Assembly: GCA_947169505.1 (NCBI GenBank)
Contig: CAMVPZ010000001.1
Coordinates: forward strand, 1-38,449
Length of the DNA: 38,449 nucleotides
Source of the DNA: an uncultured Pseudomonadota bacterium
GTDB taxonomy: Bacteria > Pseudomonadota > Alphaproteobacteria > Rs-D84
Direction of reading: 5' to 3'
Shown in pieces: positions 1 through 8,344 of the stretch. How positions within the stretch are numbered: the first letter of the stretch is position 1; each line of letters begins with the position of its first letter. The notes under the pieces were generated by a model, which did no database searches, was not told where the DNA came from, and saw only the letters and a program-made list of their open reading frames with translations. Made by a program: the position numbers and the translations under genes.

Positions 1-2177
1 TTGTCGGGATAGGTCATCCCCAGCTCGTTCATGGCCGTGGCCTTTATCTCTTCGCCATCAAAAGTTGATGTACCCCGCCCTATTTCATCAAATATTATAA
101 AAGATTTTTTTGTTGCGCGATTTAAAATATTCGAAGTTTCAACCATTTCTACCATAAATGTAGATTGACCTGCCGCCAAATTATCCGAAGCACCCACACG
201 TGAAAACAATTGGTCGCAAATTCCAATTGTCGCACTGGTTGCGGGAACAAATGACCCCAGATGAGCCAATACAACCAAAATTGCATTTTGACGCAGATAT
301 GTTGATTTACCAGCCATATTAGGACCGGTCAATAACGCAATCGGTGATTTGTTCAAATCGCAATCATTTTTTACAAAATTACCGCCTTTGGCACGTAATA
401 CGTATTCTATGACCGGATGACGCCCGCCAACAATATTAAATTCATCGGTTTCCGTTATATTTGGACGAACCCAAGAATATAAATCTGCAACCTCTGCCAA
501 AGATAGCCATACATCAACATCAGCCACCAAATCCGCCGTATTCATCAAATCAGTCGATATATCACGAATCTTTTCAATAAATTTTTCAATGATTTCGTTT
601 TCTATTGCGCTGGCTTTTTCAGAAGCACTGCGAATATCATTGTCTAAATCAATTAATGTCGGTGTTGTAAAACGCATATTCCCAGCCATCGTTTGACGAT
701 GTATAAATCCAGACTCAGGCGCCATTAACACATCTGCTTTTGCAGAAGGAACTTCTATGAAATAACCCAATATATTATTGTATTTGATTTTTAATGTGTT
801 TACACCAGTTTGATTTATATATTGTGATTGTAATTTTGCAATGGTTTCTATTGCGCCATTCGATAAATTACGCATATTGTCCAAAGATATATCAAAACCG
901 GTTTTAATTACATTTCCATCTCTGAAAAAACTGGGTAAATCTTCGTTCAATGCAGATTGTAATTCACTTGTTAAATCATCATGAGTGTTTATATTTTCAA
1001 ATTTAACAGATAAATCATAATCCAATTTTTGCCCAACCATTTTAACAGAATCTAAAATCAATAAAAATTCATACACATTTTTCAAATCACGTGGTGTGCC
1101 ACGTCCAGACAACAATCTTGATATCGCACGATTAACATCAGGTGTACGTGTTAACACAGAAACCAATTCTGCCATAATTGAATGATTTGTTAATAAATGA
1201 CCAATATGCGTTTGACGTGATAAAATTACATCTTTATCCCCGGGTAGAGTGCGCAGATAAGAACGCAATTTTCGTGCACCTGCCGCAGTTTTCGTTTTAT
1301 CAATAACATCCAACAAACATGTACCACCATCATTAAGTGGCGCATCTATTTCCAAACTTTTCCATGTAGATGAATCTATTAATAATTGTCGTCCGGATTT
1401 GAAATTATATGGTGCACGAAACGATACATTGGCACCACGTTGCGTATTAAACAAATAACCCGCCAATAAAGTTATCGCAGACACATTATCACGATTATCA
1501 GATTGAACATTTCCACAAAACACATGCGATACAATCACGTTTATATCCGAACGTAAATATAACTTTTCATATACAGGTGTTGTTTTATATATTTCACGTA
1601 AATTTTTTATTATTTGGTGTTCTGCATCTTTTTCAGGATAAATTATTTCTGCCGGATTAATTCGAATCATATCATCGATAATGCAATCAGATTCACCAAT
1701 AAAAAATTCCCCAGTTGAAATATCACAGCCTGCTAAATCAAATTTCGCCCCACCAATTGGAACAATGGAAATTAAAAAATTAGATTTTTTTGGCGTTAAT
1801 AAATTATCATCTGTTAATGTGCCAGGTGTTAAAACACGAACAACTTTTCTTTCGATAAATTTATGCCCACGTTGTTTTGCCTGTTGTGGTGTTTCCATTT
1901 GTTCAACCAGTGCAACTTTGAATCCGCTTTTGACCAATCTTCCAAAATAATTATCAGCCGCATGCCAAGGGATTCCGCACATAGGAACGTCCGCCCCAAA
2001 ACCATCTGTCCCACGTTTGGTTAATACCAAACTTAATGCTTCACTTACTGTTTTTGCGTCTTCAAAAAAAGCCTCGTAAAAATCACCCAAACGAAACAGC
2101 AAAAGTGCGTCTGGATTTTCAGCTTTCATATCAACATATTGCTGCATAACAGGCGAAAGTTTGTTTTTTTCGGCCAT
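1..2177 (-). CDS. mutS: DNA mismatch repair protein MutS, N-terminal ~725 codons; runs off the left edge
   Basis: Hand translation from ATG at 2177 gives MAEKNKLSPVMQQYVDMKAENPDALLLFRLGDFYEAFFEDA... Walker A TGPNMAGKST lies at ~nt 300-340 and DEIGRGTSTFDG at nt 54-90. The frame stays open to nt 1, so it is absent from the ORF track. MutS-like sequence stops at ~nt 54. Confidence 0.9.
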   Translation of the reverse strand, partial: MAEKNKLSPVMQQYVDMKAENPDALLLFRLGDFYEAFFEDAKTVSEALSLVLTKRGTDGFGADVPMCGIPWHAADNYFGRLVKSGFKVALVEQMETPQQAKQRGHKFIERKVVRVLTPGTLTDDNLLTPKKSNFLISIVPIGGAKFDLAGCDISTGEFFIGESDCIIDDMIRINPAEIIYPEKDAEHQIIKNLREIYKTTPVYEKLYLRSDINVIVSHVFCGNVQSDNRDNVSAITLLAGYLFNTQRGANVSFRAPYNFKSGRQLLIDSSTWKSLEIDAPLNDGGTCLLDVIDKTKTAAGARKLRSYLRTLPGDKDVILSRQTHIGHLLTNHSIMAELVSVLTRTPDVNRAISRLLSGRGTPRDLKNVYEFLLILDSVKMVGQKLDYDLSVKFENINTHDDLTSELQSALNEDLPSFFRDGNVIKTGFDISLDNMRNLSNGAIETIAKLQSQYINQTGVNTLKIKYNNILGYFIEVPSAKADVLMAPESGFIHRQTMAGNMRFTTPTLIDLDNDIRSASEKASAIENEIIEKFIEKIRDISTDLMNTADLVADVDVWLSLAEVADLYSWVRPNITETDEFNIVGGRHPVIEYVLRAKGGNFVKNDCDLNKSPIALLTGPNMAGKSTYLRQNAILVVLAHLGSFVPATSATIGICDQLFSRVGASDNLAAGQSTFMVEMVETSNILNRATKKSFIIFDEIGRGTSTFDGEEIKATAMNELGMTYPD

Positions 2178-2178
2178 T

Positions 2179-2382
2179 TTATTCACCAGAATTTGTCACT
2201 TTTAATGTTTCAATTTTTAATTCGGCTTCTTTTAACAATTGTTCACAATAAGCCTTTAATTTAATGCCCTTTTCATATGCGGCCACAGAATCAGCCAAAG
2301 ACATTTCCCCGCTTTCCATTTTTTGAACCAATTCAGTTAATTGTTTATATGCTTCTTCAAATGAAAGTTTGTTTGTGTCCAT
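2179..2382 (-). CDS. xseB: Exodeoxyribonuclease VII small subunit
   Basis: 67 aa helical protein, LSFEEAYKQLTELVQKMESGEMSLADSVAAYEKG, typical of XseB. Its stop lies 1 nt before the mutS ATG. Confidence 0.85.
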   Translation of the reverse strand: MDTNKLSFEEAYKQLTELVQKMESGEMSLADSVAAYEKGIKLKAYCEQLLKEAELKIETLKVTNSGE

Positions 2383-2460
2383 ATCAAAATACCCTTTGTT
2401 TTAACCATTTAAAGATAAAGCATAAAATCATTATTTGCAACAAATAAACACACAATGAAA

Positions 2461-2486
2461 AATAAAAAACCGCTCAAACGAGCGGT
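2461..2486 (-). terminator. Intrinsic terminator downstream of infC
   Basis: Stem ACCGCTC (2469-2475) / GAGCGGT (2480-2486) with a 4-nt loop, followed on the minus strand by a TTTTTATT tract. Confidence 0.6.
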
Positions 2487-2489
2487 GAT

Positions 2490-3038
2490 TTATTTTGCCG
2501 GTGCAATTATGATTGATTTTGTTCTGTCATCGGGCTTAGATTTTGATTCCAAAGTTCCCTTAACACCAATCATTTCAACAATTTTGGCAAATAATTGCGG
2601 AACAGCATCACGACCACGGGCCAAAACTTTTTTATTACCGTGCGTCATAACAGCAATTTTAACTTTGTTGCCTTCGTCCAAGAATTCGAAAACTTTTTTC
2701 ATTTTAATATTCAAATCGTTTTCTTCGATAAATGGTTTTACCCAAACTTCTTTGATTTCGATGGTTTTTTGTTTTTTTCTGGCTTCGTTAGCACGTTTCT
2801 TCTGTTCATATTTGTATTTGCCATAATCCATAATTTTTACCAACACAGGAACAGAATTTGCATTTATTTCAACCAAATCTAAACCGGCATCATACGCCAT
2901 ATTTAATGCATCATTTGTATTCATTGTGCCCAAATTTTGACCGTCAGCACTGATTACTTGGACACTTTTTGCAAATATTTTTTCGTTTATACGTGGCCCC
3001 ATATCACGGGCTTTGTTATTGTTATTATTTGTTTTAAT
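2490..3038 (-). CDS. infC: Translation initiation factor IF-3, probable ATT start
   Basis: The ORF product (INEKIFAKSVQVISADGQNLG...KIMDYGKYKYEQKK...) is IF-3. The frame is open upstream of the listed ATG (3002). AGGAG at 3050-3046 is followed 7 nt later by an in-frame ATT at 3038-3036. Confidence 0.85.
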   Translation of the reverse strand: MKTNNNNNKARDMGPRINEKIFAKSVQVISADGQNLGTMNTNDALNMAYDAGLDLVEINANSVPVLVKIMDYGKYKYEQKKRANEARKKQKTIEIKEVWVKPFIEENDLNIKMKKVFEFLDEGNKVKIAVMTHGNKKVLARGRDAVPQLFAKIVEMIGVKGTLESKSKPDDRTKSIIIAPAK

Positions 3039-3081
3039 GTTAATGCTCCTTTAATAACTATGGACGCATTATTAAATATTT

Positions 3082-3828
3082 TTATACATTTTTCAACAAT
3101 TTTTGCACGTTTTGCAAAGCAGACCAAACATCTCGTTTTGCACTGGGCTTTAAAATCAAATAATTTGGATGATACATCGGCACAACAATAATACCGATAT
3201 CATTTGTAATTTCTTGCCCATGCGCATCATTAAGACTACAGCCAGAAATTTCAGTTGTCGCCAATGTTCCAAACGTAATTATCACACGTGGATTTATCAT
3301 TTGTATCAATTTATCTACAAAGGGTTTTGATAAATCTAATTCTTCACGTGTCGGCGTGCGTCCACCCGGGGTGCGCCAAAACAAAAGCGGCACAATAGAA
3401 ACATTTTCCCGTGACATTTCGATTGCAGACAACATTTTATCCACCATATCACCAGCGTTTCCAGATAAAATCTGTCCTGATAAATCATCATCACTGCTGG
3501 GCATATCCGTAATTATTAATAAACCATTTGGATTGGTTGCAATATTGGGCAACACAACATTTGTTGCGCCACTGCGTAACGGATGATTGAATTCAGCAAC
3601 CATTCGAATAAGTGCTTCTGGATTTTCTGGTCTTTCTACCATAGATTTTACAGTAGCCAGAGAAATTGGTGCGGTTGGCGGAATAATAACAGTGTTTTCT
3701 GTTTTGGCCTGATTCGTTTGAAAACTTTGTTGTATCGGCTTTTGTTTTACAACCTGTTTTGTTGCTTCTTCGCTTAATTCCCAGCACACTCCGGCCATAC
3801 TTAAATCTTGCAGTGCATGATTTATCAT
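3082..3828 (-). CDS. Uracil-DNA glycosylase family-4-like protein with a divergent active-site motif
   Basis: C-terminal half resembles family 4 UDG (SGNAGDMVDKMLSAI, LLFWRTPGGRTP, MYHPNYLIL). The start was chosen at MINHALQ (ATG 3828), preceded by GGGGAA. TDMPS stands where GE(A/G)PG is expected. Confidence 0.65.
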   Translation of the reverse strand: MINHALQDLSMAGVCWELSEEATKQVVKQKPIQQSFQTNQAKTENTVIIPPTAPISLATVKSMVERPENPEALIRMVAEFNHPLRSGATNVVLPNIATNPNGLLIITDMPSSDDDLSGQILSGNAGDMVDKMLSAIEMSRENVSIVPLLFWRTPGGRTPTREELDLSKPFVDKLIQMINPRVIITFGTLATTEISGCSLNDAHGQEITNDIGIIVVPMYHPNYLILKPSAKRDVWSALQNVQKLLKNV

Positions 3829-3837
3829 GATTTCCCC

Positions 3838-3866
3838 TTGATTTTTTAATATTTTTATTATACAAT
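3838..3866 (+). promoter_or_regulatory. Candidate sigma70-type promoter for pal
   Basis: TTGATT (3838-3843), 17-nt spacer, TACAAT (3861-3866), about 37 nt upstream of the pal ATG. Confidence 0.4.
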
Positions 3867-3902
3867 ATACCTTGAGCAACAAAAACTCAAGGGAGTATTT
3901 TC

Positions 3903-4319
3903 ATGAAAATAGTAAACTTTGCTTTATTAGCTGGTGTTGCTGGAATGCTTGCTGCTTGCGGTGGTTCCAGTATAGTTGAACCTTCTGATTTGAATGATCA
4001 ACGTGTATTCTTTGCATTCAATTCTGCAGAAATTTCTGACGAAGCCGAAAACAACTTGTTGGGTCAAGCTTTGTACATGAAAAATCACGAAGATGTAAAA
4101 ATTCAAATCGCTGGTAATTGCGACGAACGTGGTTCAACAGAATACAACTTGGCTTTGGGTGCACGTCGTGCAAACGCTGCCAAAAAAGTATTGGTCAATG
4201 ACGGTGTAGAAGCATCTCGTATTTCTACAATTTCTTATGGTAAAGAACGTCCATTGGTCAAAGGTACTGGTGAATCCGTTTGGAAATACAATCGTAATGC
4301 AACAACAACAGTTAAATAA
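3903..4319 (+). CDS. pal: Peptidoglycan-associated lipoprotein (OmpA-like domain)
   Basis: Lipobox LAAC|GG in MKIVNFALLAGVAGMLAACGG. OmpA/Pal core: IQIAGNCDERGSTEYNLALGARRANAAKKVLV...ISYGKERP. Confidence 0.9.
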   Translation: MKIVNFALLAGVAGMLAACGGSSIVEPSDLNDQRVFFAFNSAEISDEAENNLLGQALYMKNHEDVKIQIAGNCDERGSTEYNLALGARRANAAKKVLVNDGVEASRISTISYGKERPLVKGTGESVWKYNRNATTTVK

Positions 4320-4336
4320 TATAACTTTTGTTATTC

Positions 4337-4367
4337 AAAAAAACACCGGCATTTGCCGGTGTTTTTT
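4337..4367. terminator. Bidirectional intrinsic terminator between convergent pal and parB
   Basis: A7 tract, stem CACCGGC (4344-4350), loop ATTT, stem GCCGGTG (4355-4361), then T6. Confidence 0.75.
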
Positions 4368-4374
4368 AATATTT

Positions 4375-5250
4375 TTATTTCGATAATTTATTGATTAAAT
4401 CTTCCATTTGAATACGATTGGAAAAAGATATAACAAATTGCCCTGCCCCACCCCGTTTTTCATGTAATCTTACATCCGCATCAAAATGGCGTGATAATTT
4501 AGATTCAATTTTCTCTACATATGCAGAATCAAGTGTATTTTGCGTAAAAGACCGACTTTTTTGTGAGCGATTCGATTTTTTTACTTGTTTTTGCGTTTCT
4601 GCAACCGATAATTTACCATTAATGATATCATGAGCCAATTGTTCTGGATCATCAGAAACCGCAATTGTGCGAGCATGCGAAGCAGATATACGCCCTTCTT
4701 TGATTAATTGTTTGACCGAATCTGGCAAAGAATTAATTCGCATTAAATTCCGGATATAACTTTCTGATTTACCGATTAATTTTGAAACATCCGCCAATTC
4801 ATACTGACATTTTTCCATCAAGTTTTTATAACCTTCGGCCTCTTCCACTGGATTAAGGTTTTCACGTTGTACATTTTCAATCAAAGCGATTTCCATCGCA
4901 TTTTTATCATCCAAATTTTTTACCAATGCCGGAATTTCACTAAGCCCCGCCAATTTTGCAGCGCGATATCTGCGTTCACCAGCCACAATTTCATATAAAT
5001 AAGGTTTATTTTGAACACTGCGTAAAATAATTGGATTAAACACACCTTTTTCTTTGATGGATTCAGCCATCTCATTTAATTCTTTTTCATTAAATGTTTT
5101 ACGTGGCTGATTTGGGTTAGCACTGATTTGCACCAAAGGAATTTGTTTTACAACAACCCGCTCTGCCCCTGTTAACACAGATATATCCGGTATTTGCCCC
5201 ATTTCTTCGTTTAATTCAGCCAATCCTTTACCCAAAAATTTAGAAGTCAT
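4375..5250 (-). CDS. parB: Chromosome partitioning protein ParB
   Basis: ISANPNQPRKTFNEKELNEMAESIKEKGVFNPI and IVAGERRYRAAKLAGL motifs. Directly downstream of parA. Confidence 0.92.
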   Translation of the reverse strand: MTSKFLGKGLAELNEEMGQIPDISVLTGAERVVVKQIPLVQISANPNQPRKTFNEKELNEMAESIKEKGVFNPIILRSVQNKPYLYEIVAGERRYRAAKLAGLSEIPALVKNLDDKNAMEIALIENVQRENLNPVEEAEGYKNLMEKCQYELADVSKLIGKSESYIRNLMRINSLPDSVKQLIKEGRISASHARTIAVSDDPEQLAHDIINGKLSVAETQKQVKKSNRSQKSRSFTQNTLDSAYVEKIESKLSRHFDADVRLHEKRGGAGQFVISFSNRIQMEDLINKLSK

Positions 5251-5252
5251 TT

Positions 5253-6026
5253 TTACATCCTTTGTTCAAGTGCATTAACTACTTCGGTCGCAACACGCAA
5301 ATAAGCCTGGGCACCAGAAGATTTAAAATCATAAAATAATGCCGGCTTTCCATGGCTTGGCGCTTCGGAAATACGAACATTGCGTGGAACAACAGTTTTA
5401 AATACTTTGTCACCAAATGTTTTTCTTACATCATCTTCAACAGCACGTGTTAAGCCTAATTTTTTATCATACATTGTTAAAACCATACCCAGTATATCCA
5501 ATTTTGGATTCCATTTCTGCCGTATAGCGGTGATTGTCGAAAGAAGATGTTGCACACCTTCCAAAGCAAAAAACTCACACTGTAATGGAATTATGACGTA
5601 ATCAGATGCAGTCAAAGCATTTATAGTAATCATACCCAAATTTGGTGGACAATCTATCAGTATATAATCATAACTATCTTGAATTGTTTTAAGTGCATCA
5701 CGCAAACGATATTCACGATTTTCCAAATCCAACATATCTAATTCTGCACCGGCCAATTTTGGTGATGCCGGCAACAAATGCATATTTGGAACAGCAGTGG
5801 TTAATATATTTTCCCCGATACTGGCAGTTCCCATTAAAACACCGTATACACTTTGTTTATGCGAAGCACGAACAAACCCAAGACCGGTTCCGGCATTACC
5901 TTGGGAATCCAGATCTATTAATAAAACACGTTTTTTTATTGCCGCCAATGACGCCGCAATATTAATCGCAGTTGTGGTTTTACCCACCCCGCCCTTTTGA
6001 TTCGCAAATGATATTATTTTTGCCAT
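5253..6026 (-). CDS. parA: Chromosome partitioning ATPase ParA (Soj)
   Basis: Deviant Walker A NQKGGVGKTTT, plus LLIDLDSQGNA and ILIDCPP. Confidence 0.92.
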   Translation of the reverse strand: MAKIISFANQKGGVGKTTTAINIAASLAAIKKRVLLIDLDSQGNAGTGLGFVRASHKQSVYGVLMGTASIGENILTTAVPNMHLLPASPKLAGAELDMLDLENREYRLRDALKTIQDSYDYILIDCPPNLGMITINALTASDYVIIPLQCEFFALEGVQHLLSTITAIRQKWNPKLDILGMVLTMYDKKLGLTRAVEDDVRKTFGDKVFKTVVPRNVRISEAPSHGKPALFYDFKSSGAQAYLRVATEVVNALEQRM

Positions 6027-6119
6027 TTTTTATATTCCTTTCATAAAAAACAGCATATTAAATAGTAAAAAAATAGTCAATACAAATATTAAAACACACT
6101 AAAATCAATAAGTTATATC

Positions 6120-6137
6120 TTATTTCATATGAAATAA
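6120..6137. promoter_or_regulatory. Perfect 18-bp palindrome, candidate parS-like or operator site upstream of parAB
   Basis: TTATTTCATATGAAATAA. The central 16-mer TATTTCATATGAAATA differs from the parS consensus TGTTTCACGTGAAACA only by two symmetric transition pairs. It sits between the rsmG stop (6142) and parA. Confidence 0.35.
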
Positions 6138-6141
6138 ACGG

Positions 6142-6702
6142 TTATTTTAAATTATAAACATATATAATAAAACCATCACCAGTTGTTGATTTATATAATT
6201 CATAATCAAAACTGTACCCGGCTTTTGCAGTTAAAATTTCAGTATCAATTTCCCGGCCTTTTAATAAAAAAAGCCGGCAATTTGTTTTGTGTGTATAATC
6301 AAAAACTTTCACCAATGGGGCAAATGCACGTGCAGTAAAAACAAAATCCCCGGCCTTTACCGGCTTTTTCGATAAAAAATTTTCGATTCTGTCATTGATT
6401 ATGGTAAGATTTGGTAATTCCAATTCTTTTTTTAATTCATTTAAAAATTTTGTTTTTTTGCCAATAGATTCAATACATGTCACATTCCAGCCCAAAATAG
6501 CCAAAACAACCCCGGGAAAACCGGCCCCACTGCCCAAATCTATAATTTTAACATCTTTGGGTATATATTTTGCCAATTGAGCGCTGTCTTCGATATGGCG
6601 TTTACGAATATCTGTCAAAGTGCTTGGCGCAACAAGATTCATTTTTGTTGACCACATTTTTAACAAATTTTCATATTTAATAAATTTTTCTTCTATTTTC
6701 AT
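6142..6702 (-). CDS. rsmG: 16S rRNA (guanine527-N7)-methyltransferase RsmG (GidB)
   Basis: WSTKMNLVAPSTLTDIRKRHIEDS and the SAM motif IIDLGSGAGFPGVVLAI. Classic rsmG-parA-parB order. Confidence 0.9.
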   Translation of the reverse strand: MKIEEKFIKYENLLKMWSTKMNLVAPSTLTDIRKRHIEDSAQLAKYIPKDVKIIDLGSGAGFPGVVLAILGWNVTCIESIGKKTKFLNELKKELELPNLTIINDRIENFLSKKPVKAGDFVFTARAFAPLVKVFDYTHKTNCRLFLLKGREIDTEILTAKAGYSFDYELYKSTTGDGFIIYVYNLK

Positions 6703-6727
6703 AATATTTATTCTAACATACCAAATT

Positions 6728-8344
6728 ATGAAAGAAACAAAAAAATTTTATTCGGGTTTATTTTTGATATTTTGTGTATTTTTTTGCTCTTATTTAATCG
6801 GGCAAAAAATGTTCAATGTCAATTCACATAAAACAAATCAAATTGATATCATTGAAGACAATGATTTTGGCAATTTTTTGGTCGCACAACATGCGTTATA
6901 CACTAATGATTTTGATATGGCTGCACGCAGCGCAAACGCAATAAAATCAAACAACAAAACGGTAAAAAATGTTCAGGTTATGGCCGATTTTTTCAATGGT
7001 AAATTACCACAAAATGCTGCGTCATTCAAAGATTCCAAAGAATTGGTGAACGGATTAATATACGATGCTTTTTTGATACAGAAAGAAGATTGGAAAAGTG
7101 TTTATAATCGTCATGATAATGATAAAACTATTTTGGCGGCACCGCTTCGTATATTTCCTGGGGTAAAGCAGGGCAAAACCAAAGAAATTTTAAAATACAT
7201 TGATTCTTTGACTGTTGATGATTCTTGGAAATCTTTTGTTCGTGGCCAGGTTTTTGTTTTAAACAACGATATTGCCGCTGCGGCCAAAGAATTTGCCAAA
7301 GTGCATCCTGATTTCATGAACATAAACGATTATTTGTATTTGATGTCTTTTTACCAAGAAAACGGTATGGAAGAAGATATGAAAATTTTGCACGATGATT
7401 TTGTTGCGAAACCTGGCGGAATGTATATTGCAGATTATCCTGAAATCCCAGATTGGTCAAATTATGCGGGTTATAAAAACAATTTAGTATTCGCAATCAT
7501 CCAAAACATATCTCATATGCAGGTTATGGTTTATACTGATTTATCATTGGTATTTTTGCGTTTTGCGCAAATTATATCGAATGAAGCAAATATGGACGCA
7601 GTAAATTATTATTTGGGACAATATTATTTTCATAATGTGGGTGATTACAAAACATGTTTTGAAAATATTAAAAAATCCAGTCCGCTTTATTTATTTGGAC
7701 AATTGCATATCGCAGAAAAAGCCAAAGATTTTAAAACCATTAAAAAAATTGTACATAACAATCCATTATTTGTTCCGGGAATCCAGGTTGTTATCCGTGA
7801 ACACATAAAAAACGGTGATAAAACCCGGGCGCTTGGCATTTTAAATCGTGCATTAAAAAGCAAAAATATACCGGACGAAGCCAAAGCATATTTTTTAAAG
7901 CAACGTGCATATATTTATTTGATGTTCAACACACCAAAATATGCCCAAGAAGATTTAGATACAATTAAAATAATCAGTACAAATATGACACCTGATATCA
8001 TGTCGCTTCAGGCATACGCATGGCTTTTGCAAAATAAAAATTTAGACAACGCATATAATTATGCAATGGAATTGGTGAAACGAAATACTTCGGATGTATA
8101 CGCATGGGATTTGGTGGCACGAATTGTTGCGAAAAAAGAGGGCATAATAAACGGTATTGATATAATGGAATCTATCAGTGTGGCTGCAAATATATCATCA
8201 TTTTATGAACATATGGGCGATTTATACGTTGAATTTGGTGATAAAGAAAAGGCTGCACGAGCATATAAACAATCACTAGATTTAGCCGAAGATGGTTTGG
8301 TTGTTGTTCCGTTTGTTGAAAAAAAGATAAGGAAATTAAAATGA
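6728..8344 (+). CDS. Membrane-anchored TPR-like repeat protein, function unknown
   Basis: Start moved to MKETKKFYSGLFLIFCVFFCSYLIG (ATG 6728, one N-terminal TM) to avoid overlap with rsmG. TPR-like segments include GDLYVEFGDKEKAARAYKQSLDLAED. Its stop overlaps the gpsA ATG (ATGA). Confidence 0.6.
   Translation: MKETKKFYSGLFLIFCVFFCSYLIGQKMFNVNSHKTNQIDIIEDNDFGNFLVAQHALYTNDFDMAARSANAIKSNNKTVKNVQVMADFFNGKLPQNAASFKDSKELVNGLIYDAFLIQKEDWKSVYNRHDNDKTILAAPLRIFPGVKQGKTKEILKYIDSLTVDDSWKSFVRGQVFVLNNDIAAAAKEFAKVHPDFMNINDYLYLMSFYQENGMEEDMKILHDDFVAKPGGMYIADYPEIPDWSNYAGYKNNLVFAIIQNISHMQVMVYTDLSLVFLRFAQIISNEANMDAVNYYLGQYYFHNVGDYKTCFENIKKSSPLYLFGQLHIAEKAKDFKTIKKIVHNNPLFVPGIQVVIREHIKNGDKTRALGILNRALKSKNIPDEAKAYFLKQRAYIYLMFNTPKYAQEDLDTIKIISTNMTPDIMSLQAYAWLLQNKNLDNAYNYAMELVKRNTSDVYAWDLVARIVAKKEGIINGIDIMESISVAANISSFYEHMGDLYVEFGDKEKAARAYKQSLDLAEDGLVVVPFVEKKIRKLK

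Noticed and set aside
2455-2826. Plus-strand ORFs of 123 aa and 95 aa (2595-2882) overlapping infC.
   Set aside because: They are antisense to a highly conserved infC. The products are hydrophobic and low-complexity, and the 5' end of the first ORF coincides with the infC terminator hairpin.
6027-6119. AT-rich parA-rsmG spacer as a possible replication origin, with CtrA-like TTAA-N7-TAAA at ~6089-6103 and scattered near-DnaA boxes elsewhere such as TGTGGATAG at ~15582.
   Set aside because: There are only single, imperfect matches, which are expected by chance in AT-rich DNA. No cluster of DnaA boxes or DUE-like repeats was seen.
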